A DNA stretch of 64,000 bases from Dicyema japonicum (lineage: Eukaryota > Animalia > Dicyemida): NCBI GenBank assembly GCA_011109175.1, contig RDEW01000028.1, forward strand, positions 525,000 through 588,999, in the 5' to 3' direction. Made by a program: the position numbers and the translations under genes. Below, piece after piece: positions 61,610-64,000 of the stretch; position 1 is the stretch's first letter, and every line of letters starts with the position of its first letter. The notes under the pieces are model-generated. The model ran no database searches, was not told the DNA's origin, and was given only the letters and a program-made list of their open reading frames with translations.

Positions 61610-61775
61610 TATTTTTTAATTTAAATTTTTAAAATATGTTTAATATTTTGTTTTCTATATTATAAAACTAAATTTGTGTGTATGTGTGTGCATGGTTCTA
61701 CAGTTAGACGTCAATGGGATAAGAAGCAAGATTTTGGGACTACGCTCTCTCCGGGTTTTGGAAATAATCTGTATA

Positions 61776-62688
61776 CAGTCCCACCCCGGCGGTGGGGTAC
61801 CCCGCTTTTCGGGGCATTTTTCATTTAGAGTCTATTTTCCAGCATTAATTTCCACATTTGGAAATTTTCTGGAGCCCCAAACCGGGGCACAAAGTATTTG
61901 AAATATTCCAGAAACTCAGAGAACATAATTTTCCAATATCAAGGCCAATCATTAAAAAATAGGCTTTTTTGTTGCATCAAATATTGGACTACAGTACTTC
62001 TATGTTGCAATTATGAGGGTGAAAACTTGAACCATTGATTATTGGGAAATATAATAAACCTCGCTGTTTCAAAAATTTCGATTTTTTAATCGAAATTTTA
62101 TGTCTTCAGGACATCGAAAGTGATCTTAAAGAACGTCTTTCAAAACTCAACCTTCATCAGGTTGCAATGCTGGTTTCAAAAAGTTGAAATAAAGTAACAG
62201 AAATTTCAATCACAGATTGTTGGAAACAAATTGAAAAAAATCGTGATGTCTAAAATATTTATGATCGCCTAACTGATGAAATAATGACCGGAGCTGTAAA
62301 TGAAATATTAACGGAGGCTGATGATGAAGAAACTATTGAATGCGTCACTTTTATCTATAATGGAGATATAGCTGAATACGAGGACGTGACAGAGAAACAA
62401 ATTCTGGAAACTTTGAATTCTCTGGAACAGAACATTTTCTGCATAACACCAAAGTCATTAAAAAATTCTACGAATTCCGAATGACAGTAATGAGAAACAT
62501 CCGAAATGGTTACAAAATTGGAGGAAAAATAACCGATTACTTCGTTAGCGACTTGATAGATTCATTAATCATAAAATAAGATATCTTGCCTTTTTTTACA
62601 TTTATATAGTTTAAAATAAAAGATTTTAGAATGGAAAAAACAATAACCCCTGTTTTCGCACAAAGTGTCCCAAACCGGGGTTACACTG
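61776..62688 (+). mobile_element. Internally deleted Tigger/pogo (Tc1-mariner superfamily) DNA transposon
   Basis: TIRs CAGTCCCACCCCGG and CAGTGTAACCCCGG (reverse complement), TA TSD at 61774-5 and 62689-90; relic LNLHQVAMLVSKS.NKVTEISITDCWKQ. Confidence 0.75.
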
Positions 62689-63279
62689 TAATAGGGATGA
62701 AAATACTGCGAATATACTATCTCCTGATGGACTCATTCTTTTCAAGCGCTATTTTCATCCATATCAGCAGGAGACAGTTTTTGAACATAAAAAAGTCCAA
62801 TATGGTCCAGAAAGGTCAATCTGTCAACAAACATGCCCAAAAGCGTCCCTTTCTTACACTCCCTTATTTGACCTTTTTTATTTCACAACCAATGAAATCA
62901 AGTGAGCTGAGGTCCGTAATTCGAATATCTAAAGCAATGTCCTCTATTTGTTTTGTGACAGAAGGCCTTAAGGATTCTATAGGGATAATCTTGCTGAGTC
63001 AGGTGTTCAAATTGTTTGAAATAGTTTTTTAATCTATTAAGTTGTTTTATATAACAACTTACCAATTAAATAATTAAATGATTTTTTTGATTGAATTTTA
63101 TTGACTTATTATCATTTTGACAGTTTGCGTATTTTTCTGAGTTCAGAAAAAAAATAATTGTGTTTCCTCACGATTATTAAGCTGCATGGCGCCATGTGAT
63201 GTATGTGGATAATTGGTTGAAAATTTCTCTTCCTTCCCTCTGATGGCGTCATTGGATCCACCTTATTAAGGAGATGCCC

Positions 63280-63480
63280 AATGCCTGGCCGGCATTCATT
63301 CCACAAGGAGACAATTTCGTTTCCTAGCGACGAGTTCTGGAATCGATTTCAGTTCACAAGACAACGTCCTTTGGATCACTGTTCTTTGGTGAAGGTCCTG
63401 CTGGAAGGTGTCAGTATCAAAGAATTAGTTAGTTTGGGTTTATCCTTGGTCTTTGGAACAATTTTATTTATTTAGGTACC
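63280..63480 (+). mobile_element. LINE 3' tail fragment
   Basis: gtatcaaagaattagttagtttggg..ctttggaacaattttatt. Confidence 0.5.
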
Positions 63481-63544
63481 TCTTTATTACTCCACTTTGA
63501 AACATTTTACAACTGTCAAGTCCTCGGTTTTTCCATGAATCTTT

Positions 63545-63800
63545 TTTTATTTATTAACCCCGGATACACCGAGAAAGAAGTTAAGTGAACAACTAATTAA
63601 GTGTATCCAGTTTCCACTTCTACAGAAACAGTGTCTATCTGGAATTAACATAAAAAAATAAAAGACGTCCATTTTGCAATTGTGGAAACCCCTCCTGTGG
63701 AGTGGGGGAGAGCAAATGATCCTGTTTCGTGCCAGCCAGGCACTGGGCGCCACCTAAACAGGTGGATCACATGACGTCACCCTAATAGGAAGAGAAATTA
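63545..63800 (-). mobile_element. Short non-coding derivative with motif A (63716-63778)
   Basis: Homologous to 6800-7115. Confidence 0.6.
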
Positions 63801-63894
63801 TTTATTAACCCCGGATACACAAAAAGAGGAGAGTGATTGCCAGCGATTTTGATAATTAGTTAAAATAATTAAAATATCGGAAATAATTTATTAA

Positions 63895-64000
63895 GGAAAA
63901 AAAGTGAGTAAATGGTCATATACCGGCCGCCCTGATTGCTGGCTATTCCATCAGGATGGCGAGCGAGATTCCTTCAAATAATCAGCAGCGCTCACGGGGG
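63895..64000 (+). other. Structured motif C copy (truncated by the window end)
   Basis: gccgccctgattgctggctattccatcaggatggcgagcgagattccttcaaataatcagcag. Confidence 0.6.

Overview
AT-rich eukaryotic nuclear DNA, most likely animal. Compact housekeeping genes are interrupted by about 50 micro-introns of 21-29 nt and sit in a matrix that is roughly two-thirds decayed transposons. Metazoan-type ARID4, HP1 and PDHA1 together with the intron size point to a dicyemid mesozoan (inference, not proven). Genes I could reconstruct by hand splicing: SHMT (-), ITPK1 (+), POLR3E/RPC5 (-), PDHA1 (-), HP1/CBX (+), a stand-alone Utp12-domain WDR43/UTP5-like gene (+) and ARID4/RBBP1-like (+), plus three unidentified intron-containing genes. 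Mobile DNA: CRE-clade, R4-like, RTE and Ingi/Vingi-like non-LTR elements, tRNA-derived SINEs, a Buster hAT (8-bp TSD), a Tigger/pogo derivative (TA TSD), and a ~3.4-kb inverted segmental duplication. Best leads: (1) a covarying pseudoknot with HDV-ribozyme-like topology shared by the Ingi/Vingi-like LINE 5' region, its short derivatives and a tRNA-SINE, plus a second pseudoknot family; (2) an SHMT whose lesions fall on the active-site residues donated in trans by the partner subunit; (3) micro-introns that apparently end in TG; (4) a CRE 3' end reiterated 7 times and then re-targeted by another CRE; (5) an R4-like element resembling microsporidian ones. Five of the seven genes carry single-base frameshifts, mostly in homopolymers, so the assembly probably has indel errors, and every single-base claim needs read-level checking. 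TE boundaries are approximate (tens of bp) unless a TSD/TIR is given.
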